DNA of 64,000 nt from the NCBI GenBank assembly GCA_963623195.1, contig CAVFKA010000006.1:102-64101 (forward strand). Reading direction: 5' to 3'. The stretch's first letter is position 1, and the number at the start of each line of letters is the position of its first letter. Positions 28,819 through 37,731 of this stretch are shown here, piece by piece. The DNA is from a bacterium. GTDB lineage: Bacteria > Bacillota_I > Bacilli_A > RFN20 > CAG-826. The notes beneath the pieces are model-generated. The model worked only from the letters and a program-made list of their open reading frames with translations, was not told the origin of the DNA and ran no database searches. The translations under genes and the position numbers were made by a program.

Positions 28819-30633
28819 ATGTATTCAAAAGACCTAATCGAAAGCCTTTTAAAAGAAGCCGATATCGTGACGGTCATTTCCGCATTTATTCCAGTCACGA
28901 AAAAAGGCCGTGGCTATGTAGCCATATGCCCTTTTCATGACGACAAAAATCCTTCATTGAGCATCTCAAAAGACAGACAAATTTTCAAATGTTTCGTTTG
29001 TGGAACAGGCGGCAACGCAATTTCTTTCGTTCAGAAACACCTAGGTATTTCTTATCAAGATGCTGTAAAAAAAGTGGCTGAAATCGTCGGTTTTAAGGAT
29101 GATAGGCTAGAAAAAGAGAGTTTTACTCCTAAGATAGACCAAGTAAAACAGCCTTTATTCGACACGATAAACGATTTACAGACATTTTATCAATATTGTT
29201 TAAATACCCAAGAAGGAAAAGACGCTCAACAATACCTCCTCAAAAGGAACATTGATAAAGACCAAGTAAAAAAATACGGCATTGGATATTCAATCAAAGA
29301 TGGAACAAAAACCATCGCTTATTTGCAAGGAAAAACGCACTCTCTTGATAAAATCAAAGATATTGGCATCGTAAGTTCACGCGCAAATTCGGACGCGAAT
29401 TCCGGACGTTTGATTTTCCCTTTGAAAGATCCAAACGGACAAGTAGTAGGCTTCAGTGCTAGAAAAATAGATCCCGCTGACACGGAATCTCCAAAATACG
29501 TTAATTCTCCTGATACGAAAATATTCAAGAAGAGTCTTAACTTATATAACTATGATAATGCGAAAAACACCGCAAGAAGAGATGGTTATATCTATGTTTT
29601 AGAAGGATTCATGGATGTTATCGCCTTAGATAAAGCGGGCATTCCAAGCGCTGTTGCCCTTATGGGAACATCTTTAAGTGTTGAACAAATCGAGCTTTTA
29701 AGGCGTCTTAATTGTGAAATAAGGCTCTGCCTTGATGGCGATAATCCAGGGCAAAGAGGAATGATGAAGATAATCTTACAGCTTAATAAAGCCGACATTC
29801 CTTTTAGATTAGTCTGTAATCCAAAGGATTTAAGAGATCCAGATGAAATTTTGCAAGAATCAGGTCCTGACGCATTAAAAGAAAGCATGAATAATTTAGT
29901 CGAGCCATTCCAATTTCAATTAAATTATTACGAAAATGTCGAAAAACTCACTAAACAAGAGGATAAAATAAAAGTCCTTCAATATTTAATACCGTTCTTA
30001 AAAACGATCAAAAACCCTTTAGATAGAGAAAATAATATCGTTAAGCTTTCTAAAATAACTGGCTACGAACCCGAAATTATCAAAGAGCAAATCGGTAAAG
30101 TCGAATCAGAAGATGATTCATTAGAAACTACTCAATACAGTCGTGGAGGGCATTTTAACTTTAACCAATCCATCACAGTCCAACGTTATATAAAAAGATT
30201 GGAAACAGCCGAAAAAAAGACTCTATACTATATGCTTCAAAATACTGACGCAGTTAAATATTTCCAAGAAAACATCGACAATTTTTACATTGAAAGTTAT
30301 GAGAAGATAGCTAGTTTGGTCGTTGATTATGTAGAAAGAACAAACGAAAAGGTTAATATCGCTATTCTATATAATGAAATCGATCAATCAGAAGAAGATG
30401 AAGAAGAAAAGAAGAAGCTTAATCAAATCATTGCTTCGTTAACTGATTCGGAAGTCGCTTATGAGCCTTATAGTGAGCAGCACATAGCTGATTGTGCAAA
30501 ACTCATTAGAGAAGAAAAGGTTAAGATCAATGCCCGTTTATCTATCAAAGACAAATTAAAAGGGACCGGTAACAAAGGAAAAGGCGAATTGATGAAGCAA
30601 TACGGCAAAACAGTTACCGAAAGAGGGAAATAA
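28819..30633 (+). CDS. dnaG: DNA primase
   Basis: CHC2 zinc finger (CPFHDDKNPS...CFVCG), Toprim domain (VLEGFMDV, DGDNPG), and a C-terminal DnaB-binding region. Confidence 0.95.
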   Translation: MYSKDLIESLLKEADIVTVISAFIPVTKKGRGYVAICPFHDDKNPSLSISKDRQIFKCFVCGTGGNAISFVQKHLGISYQDAVKKVAEIVGFKDDRLEKESFTPKIDQVKQPLFDTINDLQTFYQYCLNTQEGKDAQQYLLKRNIDKDQVKKYGIGYSIKDGTKTIAYLQGKTHSLDKIKDIGIVSSRANSDANSGRLIFPLKDPNGQVVGFSARKIDPADTESPKYVNSPDTKIFKKSLNLYNYDNAKNTARRDGYIYVLEGFMDVIALDKAGIPSAVALMGTSLSVEQIELLRRLNCEIRLCLDGDNPGQRGMMKIILQLNKADIPFRLVCNPKDLRDPDEILQESGPDALKESMNNLVEPFQFQLNYYENVEKLTKQEDKIKVLQYLIPFLKTIKNPLDRENNIVKLSKITGYEPEIIKEQIGKVESEDDSLETTQYSRGGHFNFNQSITVQRYIKRLETAEKKTLYYMLQNTDAVKYFQENIDNFYIESYEKIASLVVDYVERTNEKVNIAILYNEIDQSEEDEEEKKKLNQIIASLTDSEVAYEPYSEQHIADCAKLIREEKVKINARLSIKDKLKGTGNKGKGELMKQYGKTVTERGK

Positions 30634-31319
30634 TGTCATCTATCAACGATAATAAAAATATAAAAAGGTTAGAAGCCATCGCTAATATGGTTGATTTCGA
30701 TTCGTCTATAGCCGATATTGGAAGCGATCATTGTTACGTTCCTATAATTTGCGCAAAGCAAAAGAAAATAGTATTTGCGCAAGCGATAGAAAATAAAAAA
30801 GGGCCTTACAACAGAATGGTGAACGCTATAAAAAGTAGCGGTTTTTCTTCGATTATAGAGCCTTCACTATCAGATGGTTTAAACGAATTAAATGAAAAAG
30901 TAGATTCATTAGTCATAGCCGGAATGGGCGGAAAATTAATCATTTCAATTTTAGAAAAAGGAAAAGAGAAGCTCGATAATATCAAAACGATAATTACCGA
31001 TGCACACAATGATAGGCCAGATTTAATAAAATACATGGAATCAATTGGATACCATATAGACAAAAATGAGTTCCTTTATGAAGGTGGAATAGCTTATGAC
31101 GTCATGAAATGGGTGAAGGGGAAGCCGTTCAATCCATATACTGACAACGAACTCGTTTTTGGCCCTTTGAATTTAATAAACAAGTCTGAGCCTTGGAAAA
31201 CATATTGGAAAAACGAAGCATCAAGATTGTCCAATTTGATAAGTAACAATAAATTGCCTAACAACAAAAAAGATCAGTATCAAAAATCGATAAATTTAAT
31301 AAACGAAGTCTTGAATTAA
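30633..31319 (+). CDS. trmK: tRNA (adenine22-N1)-methyltransferase TrmK
   Basis: IADIGSDHCYVPI SAM-binding motif in a 228-aa protein. The start overlaps the dnaG stop by TAATG. Confidence 0.8.
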   Translation: MSSINDNKNIKRLEAIANMVDFDSSIADIGSDHCYVPIICAKQKKIVFAQAIENKKGPYNRMVNAIKSSGFSSIIEPSLSDGLNELNEKVDSLVIAGMGGKLIISILEKGKEKLDNIKTIITDAHNDRPDLIKYMESIGYHIDKNEFLYEGGIAYDVMKWVKGKPFNPYTDNELVFGPLNLINKSEPWKTYWKNEASRLSNLISNNKLPNNKKDQYQKSINLINEVLN

Positions 31320-31321
31320 CG

Positions 31322-31348
31322 ACTATAAATCTACTAATTATCTACTAT
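31322..31348 (+). repeat. ACTAW phased direct repeat, copy B (three units at 11-bp spacing)
   Basis: ACTAT-aaatct-ACTAA-ttatct-ACTAT, located between the convergent stops of trmK and ispH. Confidence 0.6.
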
Positions 31349-31374
31349 TAAAATTAGGATTATTCCGATAAATA

Positions 31375-32256
31375 CTAATCAATTCTCGAAATAAGATTTT
31401 TACAAGCTAGAATTGTAGAATCAGAAGTTGAAGCGCCGGAAACAAGCATAATTTTATTAAAGTTTATTATCTCGGCTAGATGCTGTTCCAACTCTTTTTC
31501 ATTCAAAACCGATATGCATTTTTTATTCGGATAATTTTCTTTCAATATCATTTCTAAACGTTTTGTGTTGTTGCTGTTTTTGCCTCCAATAACAACAAAA
31601 CAATCATAAAAGTTCCCATTCGTGATAGCTTCGTTTTGTCTTCTTTCAGTTTCAAAACATTGTCTTGCAACAATCTTGGCATTCGGCATATGTGCAAGTA
31701 TATCGGCAATTGAAGAGGATATCTCATTTTCCGACATTGTAGTTTGTGAAATTACCAAGGGGGTGGTCGATCTTACTTTATTAAAATCAAAAGGCATGCC
31801 AGGCTCGTATAGGTATATAGTTTTTTCGTCTATTCCAAGAACGCCAATAGTTTCAGCGTGTTTTGCTATGCCTATATATATGACTTCATTTCCTTTTTTT
31901 ATTTCATTTAAAGCGCTACGCTCATTGTTTTTCACAAAAACGCACGTTGCATCGTATACTTTCATGTTTTTCCGTTTCGCTATTTCATCAAGATAAGGGG
32001 CGTGTCCATGAGCCGAAAATACGATAATAGATCCATCTTTTAAATCTAAAAGGCTTTCTTCCAAGGGACGTTTCCTTTCGTCAAGAACGACGAATCCATC
32101 GGACTCAAGTTGTTTTACGACATCTTCATTATGAACCAAAGATCCGATGATAAATATTGTTTTATCGCCATTTTCAATCCGCGCTTTTTTCGCGATTTCA
32201 ATTGCGTTTTTGACCCCAAAGCAGAATCCAGAAGGTTCAACAATCTTAATTTCCAT
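31375..32256 (-). CDS. ispH: 4-hydroxy-3-methylbut-2-enyl diphosphate reductase (IspH/LytB)
   Basis: MEIKIVEPSGFCFGVKNAI N-terminus and full LytB length. The alternative start is TTG 32262. Confidence 0.92.
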   Translation of the reverse strand: MEIKIVEPSGFCFGVKNAIEIAKKARIENGDKTIFIIGSLVHNEDVVKQLESDGFVVLDERKRPLEESLLDLKDGSIIVFSAHGHAPYLDEIAKRKNMKVYDATCVFVKNNERSALNEIKKGNEVIYIGIAKHAETIGVLGIDEKTIYLYEPGMPFDFNKVRSTTPLVISQTTMSENEISSSIADILAHMPNAKIVARQCFETERRQNEAITNGNFYDCFVVIGGKNSNNTKRLEMILKENYPNKKCISVLNEKELEQHLAEIINFNKIMLVSGASTSDSTILACKNLISRID

Positions 32257-32315
32257 AAACAAATTATACAGCCGTTCTTTATTTTTGCCTTAAAAATTAT
32301 TTATAATAATTGCGT

Positions 32316-33689
32316 ATGAGTTTTAATGGCTTTTCTTTATCTAAAAAAATGGTCTCAGCACTTGATACGCTGGGATATAAGACCCCTTCAAAGGTCCAAA
32401 GCACGGTTATACCTAAGGCTTTACGTAATGTTTCTTTGCTTGCTCAAAGCGAAACTGGCTCAGGCAAAACCCACGCTTATTTAATTCCAATCATCGAAAA
32501 AACCGATATGACGTTAAACCGTGTCCAATCAATTATCATCGTTCCGACACGTGAATTAGCAAGGCAAACATATGAATTCGCTCGTCAATTCCAACGTTTT
32601 TATCAAAATCTACGCATCAGGCTTTATTCCTCAGAAATGGACGTTAGCCAAAACGAGGAAGGATCAAACGTTCCTCCACAAATAGTAATTGGCACTCCAG
32701 GAAGATTGAAAGATTTACTAGTGACTAAATACATTACAACCCTTCAAAACGTTAGAACCGTTGTTTTAGATGAAGCGGATATGTTACTTGATATGGGCTT
32801 TTTTGGAGATATCGAGGATATTTTCACGGTTCTAAATGAACCTCAAATAATGGTATTTTCAGCTACATTAAGGCAAAACCTTCGCGATGAGTTATCAAAA
32901 TTCGTCCGTTCTGATTTTGAATACGAAAGTGAGAAAACGGAAACGGCGGCAACTGTTAAGCATCATTTGATCGATGTCAAGCATCAAGGAACCGTTAACG
33001 CTTTATATTCATTTTTGAATATCAGAAAGCCTTATTTATGCATTATTTTTGCTTCAACAGTTCAAACGGTTAATGAAGTTTCAAAAGGCTTAAAAGCTTT
33101 TGGCATAGATTCTGTATATTTCAGCGGCTCTCTTGACGATCGCTCAAGAAAGAAAGCGATAAGAGAGATTCGTTCAAATAAATATTCCGTCATTGTCGCT
33201 AGCGATCTTTTATCAAGAGGAATCGATATACCTGATGTTACCGATGTTATTTCGGTAGATCTCCCTTCCGATATTGATTTTTATCATCATAGAGCGGGAA
33301 GAACCGGAAGATTCGGAAAAACAGGCGATTCATGGGTCTTTTACAACTCTGATTCCATCAAAGAGGCTAAGCGAATCATGGATGAAGGGGTCGTATTTGA
33401 TTTCTATACCTTAAGAAACAACGAACTAAAACTCGATCCAGTGGGTCTTTTGCCAAAAACAAAATTAAAAAAGAAGAAAGAACTTCCTGAAGAAGAAAGA
33501 AAAGAAATAGCGATCGCTAAAGCAATGGCAAGGCCAAAACATGTTGAGCCAATGTACAAAAAGAAAAAGCAATTCGCTATCGAAAAAGTCAAGAAAAAAT
33601 ATCGTAAAAAAGCTATTCAAAAATCCATTAGAAGAGAACTAGATAAGCAATATAAAGAAAACGCCAAGAAGAATCGTGGCGTTAAATAA
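32316..33689 (+). CDS. cshB: DEAD-box RNA helicase with Lys-rich C-terminal tail
   Basis: Motifs Q, SETGSGKT, PTRELA, DEAD, SAT and HRAGRTGR. It lies between ispH and ispG, exactly as B. subtilis yqfR (cshB) does. Confidence 0.85.
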   Translation: MSFNGFSLSKKMVSALDTLGYKTPSKVQSTVIPKALRNVSLLAQSETGSGKTHAYLIPIIEKTDMTLNRVQSIIIVPTRELARQTYEFARQFQRFYQNLRIRLYSSEMDVSQNEEGSNVPPQIVIGTPGRLKDLLVTKYITTLQNVRTVVLDEADMLLDMGFFGDIEDIFTVLNEPQIMVFSATLRQNLRDELSKFVRSDFEYESEKTETAATVKHHLIDVKHQGTVNALYSFLNIRKPYLCIIFASTVQTVNEVSKGLKAFGIDSVYFSGSLDDRSRKKAIREIRSNKYSVIVASDLLSRGIDIPDVTDVISVDLPSDIDFYHHRAGRTGRFGKTGDSWVFYNSDSIKEAKRIMDEGVVFDFYTLRNNELKLDPVGLLPKTKLKKKKELPEEERKEIAIAKAMARPKHVEPMYKKKKQFAIEKVKKKYRKKAIQKSIRRELDKQYKENAKKNRGVK

Positions 33690-33691
33690 GT

Positions 33692-34744
33692 TTAAAGTTT
33701 GTTTATTTCTTCGATGAGAGCTTCATAAACGGTGGCATCGTCCACCGTTTTTATTGTTTCGCCTTTTTTGAAGATAACCCATCGGCCATTTCCGCCAGCT
33801 GCACCTAAATCTGCATGTCTAGCTTCTCCAGGGCCATTAACTATGCACCCCATAATTGCTACAGTTTTATAAATTTTCTTATCTTCGAGATATTTTTGAA
33901 TCTTTTTCGCCAAAGGCAACAAATTAACTTGAGTTCTTCCGCATGTCGGACAGGAAATGAATGTTGGCCATTTCTTCATAAGCCCCAAATCATGAAGCAA
34001 TCTAGAGGCCGCTTTAACCTCTTCAACTGGATCCTCCGTCAAAGAAATTCTTATGGTATTCCCTATTCCTTCTAATAATAAAGGAGAAAGGGTGGCACTT
34101 GATCTAATTAATGAAGTCTCCATAGGGCCAGCTTCCGTAACGCCTAAATGAAGTGGATATGGGAAAAAATCTGCCGCGAGTCGATATGCCTCAATCGTCT
34201 CTAAAGCGTCGCTGCCCTTTAACGAAATCACAATATCATGGAAATCATGTTTTTCTAGCAAGGCCACATGCTTTTTTGCCGATTCAAACAAAAATTCGCC
34301 TTTTACCTTTTCTTTCCCTGAATAAATCGTTTTATCTATTGAACCGCCATTTACGCCAATCCTAATAGGAACATTATGTTTTTTACATGCTTCGACAACC
34401 ATCCTGACCTTCTCATCATCGCCGATATTTCCTGGGTTTATGCGAATCGCATCCACGCCTGATTCTATCGCTTCTAATGCTAAGCGGTAATCAAAATGAA
34501 TATCGGCAACAAGAGGGATACTGACTTTCTTTTTTATTTCCTTAAAAGCCTTAGCGTCATCAAAATCGAGGCAAGAGCAACGCATAAGCTCCGCTCCAGA
34601 AGCAGCACATTCGTTGATTTGTGCGCTAACTTCTTCGATTTTTGACGTCTTTATCGAAGTCATTGATTGAATGATGATATGATCATTTCCGCCCATTGTA
34701 AGGCTGCCAATTTTGATCTGTTTTGTTTTTTCTCTAGTAAACAT
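33692..34744 (-). CDS. ispG: 4-hydroxy-3-methylbut-2-enyl diphosphate synthase (IspG/GcpE)
   Basis: TIM-barrel N-terminal domain. C-terminal Fe-S ligand motifs SCPTCGRT and GCIVNGPGE. Confidence 0.93.
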   Translation of the reverse strand: MFTREKTKQIKIGSLTMGGNDHIIIQSMTSIKTSKIEEVSAQINECAASGAELMRCSCLDFDDAKAFKEIKKKVSIPLVADIHFDYRLALEAIESGVDAIRINPGNIGDDEKVRMVVEACKKHNVPIRIGVNGGSIDKTIYSGKEKVKGEFLFESAKKHVALLEKHDFHDIVISLKGSDALETIEAYRLAADFFPYPLHLGVTEAGPMETSLIRSSATLSPLLLEGIGNTIRISLTEDPVEEVKAASRLLHDLGLMKKWPTFISCPTCGRTQVNLLPLAKKIQKYLEDKKIYKTVAIMGCIVNGPGEARHADLGAAGGNGRWVIFKKGETIKTVDDATVYEALIEEINKL

Positions 34745-34839
34745 ATTAAAATTTTAAACTTTTTAAGACATTTCTTGTAGCACTTTTCTTTTAACTATGT
34801 TAATATTACCAACGCTTAAAGAAAGAAGAGTGAATTAAT

Positions 34840-35004
34840 ATGGCAAAATCTAAACGTGATCAAGTAATCCTTGCTTGCAGTGAGTGCGGTGAGCATAACT
34901 ACATTACAACAAGAAACAAAAAGACTCATCCAAACAAAATGGAAATCAAGAAGTTCTGTGGACGTTGCAAGAAAGAAACCCTTCACATCGAAACAAAGAA
35001 ATAA
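34840..35004 (+). CDS. rpmG: 50S ribosomal protein L33 (zinc-ribbon form); absent from the ORF track because it is only 54 aa
   Basis: Hand translation gives MAKSKRDQVILACSECGEHNYITTRNKKTHPNKMEIKKFCGRCKKETLHIETKK. AGAAGAG lies upstream. Confidence 0.9.
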   Translation: MAKSKRDQVILACSECGEHNYITTRNKKTHPNKMEIKKFCGRCKKETLHIETKK

Positions 35005-35010
35005 TAAAAG

Positions 35011-35033
35011 TAAGGCTTCGGCCTTATTTTTTT
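35011..35033 (+). terminator. Intrinsic terminator after rpmG
   Basis: TAAGGC-ttcg-GCCTTA followed by TTTTTTT. Confidence 0.75.
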
Positions 35034-35675
35034 ATGTTTATGAAAATAACTAAATTACATTTTTCCCCAGAAGAATCCTGCAACACTTACATTTTAGGCG
35101 ATGAAGGCAAAGGAGCAATCGTTATCGATCCTGGTTCAAACAAAAATCAATGTCTCGATAACTATTTAAGCAAACATCATTCATCTTTGGACGCTATTTT
35201 AATAACACACGGCCATTATGATCATATCTATGGATTGAAAACGCTTGTTAATAAAGCGCCAGTCTACATTGATTATAAAGAAGAAGACTTTCTTTCTGAC
35301 CCGACTTTGAATCTAACCTCATATTTACATGACGATTTGATCATAGACGATTTCAATACGATCTTATTAAACGATAAAGAAAACATCTCTTTAAATGGAT
35401 TAAATATAGAAGTTATCGAAACTCCGTTCCATACAATCGGAAGCGTTTGTTTCTATATAAAAGAATTAAACGCCTTATTCAGCGGAGACACTCTTTTTCA
35501 TTTAGGAATCGGTAGAAGCGATCTTCCGACAGGTTCTGAAAGAACAATCATGTCATCCTTAAAGAAACTGACATCTCTTCCAAAAGAGACGAAAGTTTAC
35601 CCAGGACATGGCGAAAATACGACTTTAGAGAACGAATTTGCCTATAATACATACTTTAAAGCGTTTTTTAAGTAG
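35034..35675 (+). CDS. MBL-fold hydrolase (YqgX/GloB-like)
   Basis: THGHYDH, a TPFHT-like motif and the HGEN metal ligands. The start is ATG 35034 or 35040, directly after the terminator T-run. The ORF-track start 34965 overlaps rpmG. Confidence 0.8.
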   Translation: MFMKITKLHFSPEESCNTYILGDEGKGAIVIDPGSNKNQCLDNYLSKHHSSLDAILITHGHYDHIYGLKTLVNKAPVYIDYKEEDFLSDPTLNLTSYLHDDLIIDDFNTILLNDKENISLNGLNIEVIETPFHTIGSVCFYIKELNALFSGDTLFHLGIGRSDLPTGSERTIMSSLKKLTSLPKETKVYPGHGENTTLENEFAYNTYFKAFFK

Positions 35676-35733
35676 ATACTTAAAGAAAATTGGTTTAAAA
35701 TCCTATAGGTTATATTAAAGGAGAATATAAAAC

Positions 35734-36291
35734 ATGAACGTTACAGAATTACGCCCAGGCAATTACTTTGAAGATGAAAACACTTTATTCCAAGTTATTG
35801 ACATCTTACTTAACAAAACAGCCATGAGAAAGATGGTTGCTAAGGTCAAAGTCAAAAATGTCCGTACAGGCGCTATCACAGAAATCGCTCGTAACAGCGG
35901 TTATGATGTCGAATTAGTCAGCATCACAAAGAAAGAAATGCAATATCTTTACGATGGCGGAACAACTTTAGTTTTCATGGATCCAGAATCCTACGAACAA
36001 GTTGAACTTCCAAAAGATACACTTGCCCACGAAGCTCAATTCCTCGCACCAAATGGCAGCGTTGTCATGATTTCTTATGAAGAAGAAATCCTTGGTGTTG
36101 AATTACCAGCAAAAGTCGCTCTTGAAGTTGTCGAAACAGAACCAGGTGTTCGTGGCGATACAATCAGCAACGGCGGCAGCAAAGATGCAAAATTAGAAAC
36201 TGGCTTAACAATCAGAGTCCCTCTCTTCATCAATGAAGGTGAGAAAGTCATGGTTGATACCACAACTGGTAAATACGACAAGAGAGCCTAA
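35734..36291 (+). CDS. efp: Elongation factor P
   Basis: Typical 185-aa EF-P. AAAGGAGAA lies upstream. Confidence 0.95.
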   Translation: MNVTELRPGNYFEDENTLFQVIDILLNKTAMRKMVAKVKVKNVRTGAITEIARNSGYDVELVSITKKEMQYLYDGGTTLVFMDPESYEQVELPKDTLAHEAQFLAPNGSVVMISYEEEILGVELPAKVALEVVETEPGVRGDTISNGGSKDAKLETGLTIRVPLFINEGEKVMVDTTTGKYDKRA

Positions 36292-36295
36292 TAAA

Positions 36296-36517
36296 ATGAC
36301 AATCGAAATCTGGCAATTCGTCTTATATCTTGTTCTTGCCTTGATAGTCGGTGGCATTGCAGGTTTCTTCGGTGCTCGTGCATTGATTAAGAGCCAATTG
36401 AAGAAGAACCCACCAATCAATGAAAAAATGATCAGAGCAATGTTTGCCCAAATGGGAAGAAAACCATCTGAAGCTCAAGTCAGAAACATCATGAATTCGA
36501 TGAATAAGAATTTATAA
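36296..36517 (+). CDS. yneF: UPF0154 (YneF-family) small membrane protein
   Basis: One N-terminal TM helix followed by PPINEKMIRAMFAQMGRKPSEAQVRNIM, the family signature. The ORF-track extension into efp is rejected. Confidence 0.8.
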   Translation: MTIEIWQFVLYLVLALIVGGIAGFFGARALIKSQLKKNPPINEKMIRAMFAQMGRKPSEAQVRNIMNSMNKNL

Positions 36518-36525
36518 AGATATAG

Positions 36526-36561
36526 AACTTGAATTAAAACGAAGTATTCTAATGGATGCTT
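36526..36561 (+). terminator. Intrinsic terminator after yneF
   Basis: AAAACGAAG-14 nt loop-CTTCGTTTT followed by a T-run. Confidence 0.65.
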
Positions 36562-36860
36562 CGTTTTTTTTAATTCTTTGAACCGTTAATTGACTGTAAA
36601 TGAGACTAAAAATTATACTTTGATATCCTGATGGAAGCCCCAGGTCATAAGAAAAGCGGTAGACGTTTGTGGTGGACTTTTTCCTTTCGATCCCTTTTTC
36701 TTGTTAAGCTTATGAGTAACAGTCACTGCATACATCAATTTTGGTTGATAACCATAAAAAATGTTTAAATGCATAAAAATATTTAATATAGCATAAATTC
36801 TTAATAAAAAATATTGATAAATACTCATTTTTGAGTAAATTATCAATATTAAATCAAACA

Positions 36861-36887
36861 ACTAAATAACTACTAATATAAAACTAT
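36861..36887 (+). repeat. ACTAA phased direct repeat, copy C (three units)
   Basis: ACTAA-ataact-ACTAA-tataaa-ACTAT. The first 16 nt are identical to copy E. The last unit overlaps the plsY stop codon. Confidence 0.6.
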
Positions 36888-37618
36888 TTCCATTCAACAG
36901 GCTTTTCTTCGCCTTTTTTAAGTCTTTGAATGTTTGAAGCATGTCTTAATATTAGGATAAACATAATTAATGTGCTTATTAAGGCGCATTCCCATCCATA
37001 AAAGGCTCCACCGCCATATCCTAAGTTAAACATGAAGTAGTCCATTATTCGTTGACCATCTGTAGGCAACAAAATTCTAACCACAAATAGAATCCATTGA
37101 ATTAAAGAAATAATGATGCTAGAGAAGATGGTAGCTACAGACATTACACGTTTTTTCTTAAATAAAGCAACGAAAACGCCAACGCACAAAGCAAAGTTTA
37201 AAAAGCCTTGTCCACCAGTTGCCCCCATAAAACAAGCCACGGCCTTTCCACCTTTAAAATGAATCCATGGGGAAAAACAATGTCCTAACGCAACAAACAA
37301 TAACGCTAAATAGTTATAAAAGACACCATCATCGAACAAATTCCAGGTTTGACGAATTCCAGAGAATCTCAAAACTGCCCATATGCTCCAAAATGTAGCA
37401 AGGGCCTTCAAAATATCTAAAGTAATTACCGCAACGCCAGCTTTTTTCCCGAAAGCACGGCCGGAATTAGTGCCTCCTGAATTATGCGAACCATAATTTC
37501 TCGGATCATCATGGAAGAATATTCTTCCAATCAAAACCCCATTCGGTATGCTCCCCATTAAAAAGCCGATCACACACACCGATAAGGCAACAATCACATT
37601 CATCCAAACATCATTCAT
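36884..37618 (-). CDS. plsY: Glycerol-3-phosphate acyltransferase PlsY
   Basis: Polytopic membrane protein with GSIPNG and SHNSGGTN motifs. It is placed before parE-parC as in Bacillus (yneS). Confidence 0.88.
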   Translation of the reverse strand: MNDVWMNVIVALSVCVIGFLMGSIPNGVLIGRIFFHDDPRNYGSHNSGGTNSGRAFGKKAGVAVITLDILKALATFWSIWAVLRFSGIRQTWNLFDDGVFYNYLALLFVALGHCFSPWIHFKGGKAVACFMGATGGQGFLNFALCVGVFVALFKKKRVMSVATIFSSIIISLIQWILFVVRILLPTDGQRIMDYFMFNLGYGGGAFYGWECALISTLIMFILILRHASNIQRLKKGEEKPVEWK

Positions 37619-37691
37619 AACTTTTTGCTCCTAAAAAACACAAAAATCTTAAATATTATCTATAGATAAGGTTACTTTTTCAATGAAAGTT

Positions 37692-37700
37692 TGCTATAAT
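37692..37700 (+). promoter_or_regulatory. Extended -10 box (TGcTATAAT) upstream of parE
   Basis: TGCTATAAT lies 31 nt upstream of ATG 37732. Confidence 0.35.
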
Positions 37701-37731
37701 CTTAAAAAGTTAACGGTATTTTATTGAAATT

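Noticed and set aside
36625-36660. Possible SRP (4.5S/scRNA) RNA because of GGAAGC and CAGGUC words
   Set aside because: The words occur in the wrong order relative to the conserved domain IV hairpin. I could not draw the required helix on either strand.
36613-36861. 82-codon minus-strand ORF between yneF and plsY as a real gene
   Set aside because: It has a TTG start with no ribosome-binding site. Its N-terminal half is an AT-driven Ile/Phe/Tyr string, and it has no recognisable motif. It is kept only as part of the unassigned-spacer finding.
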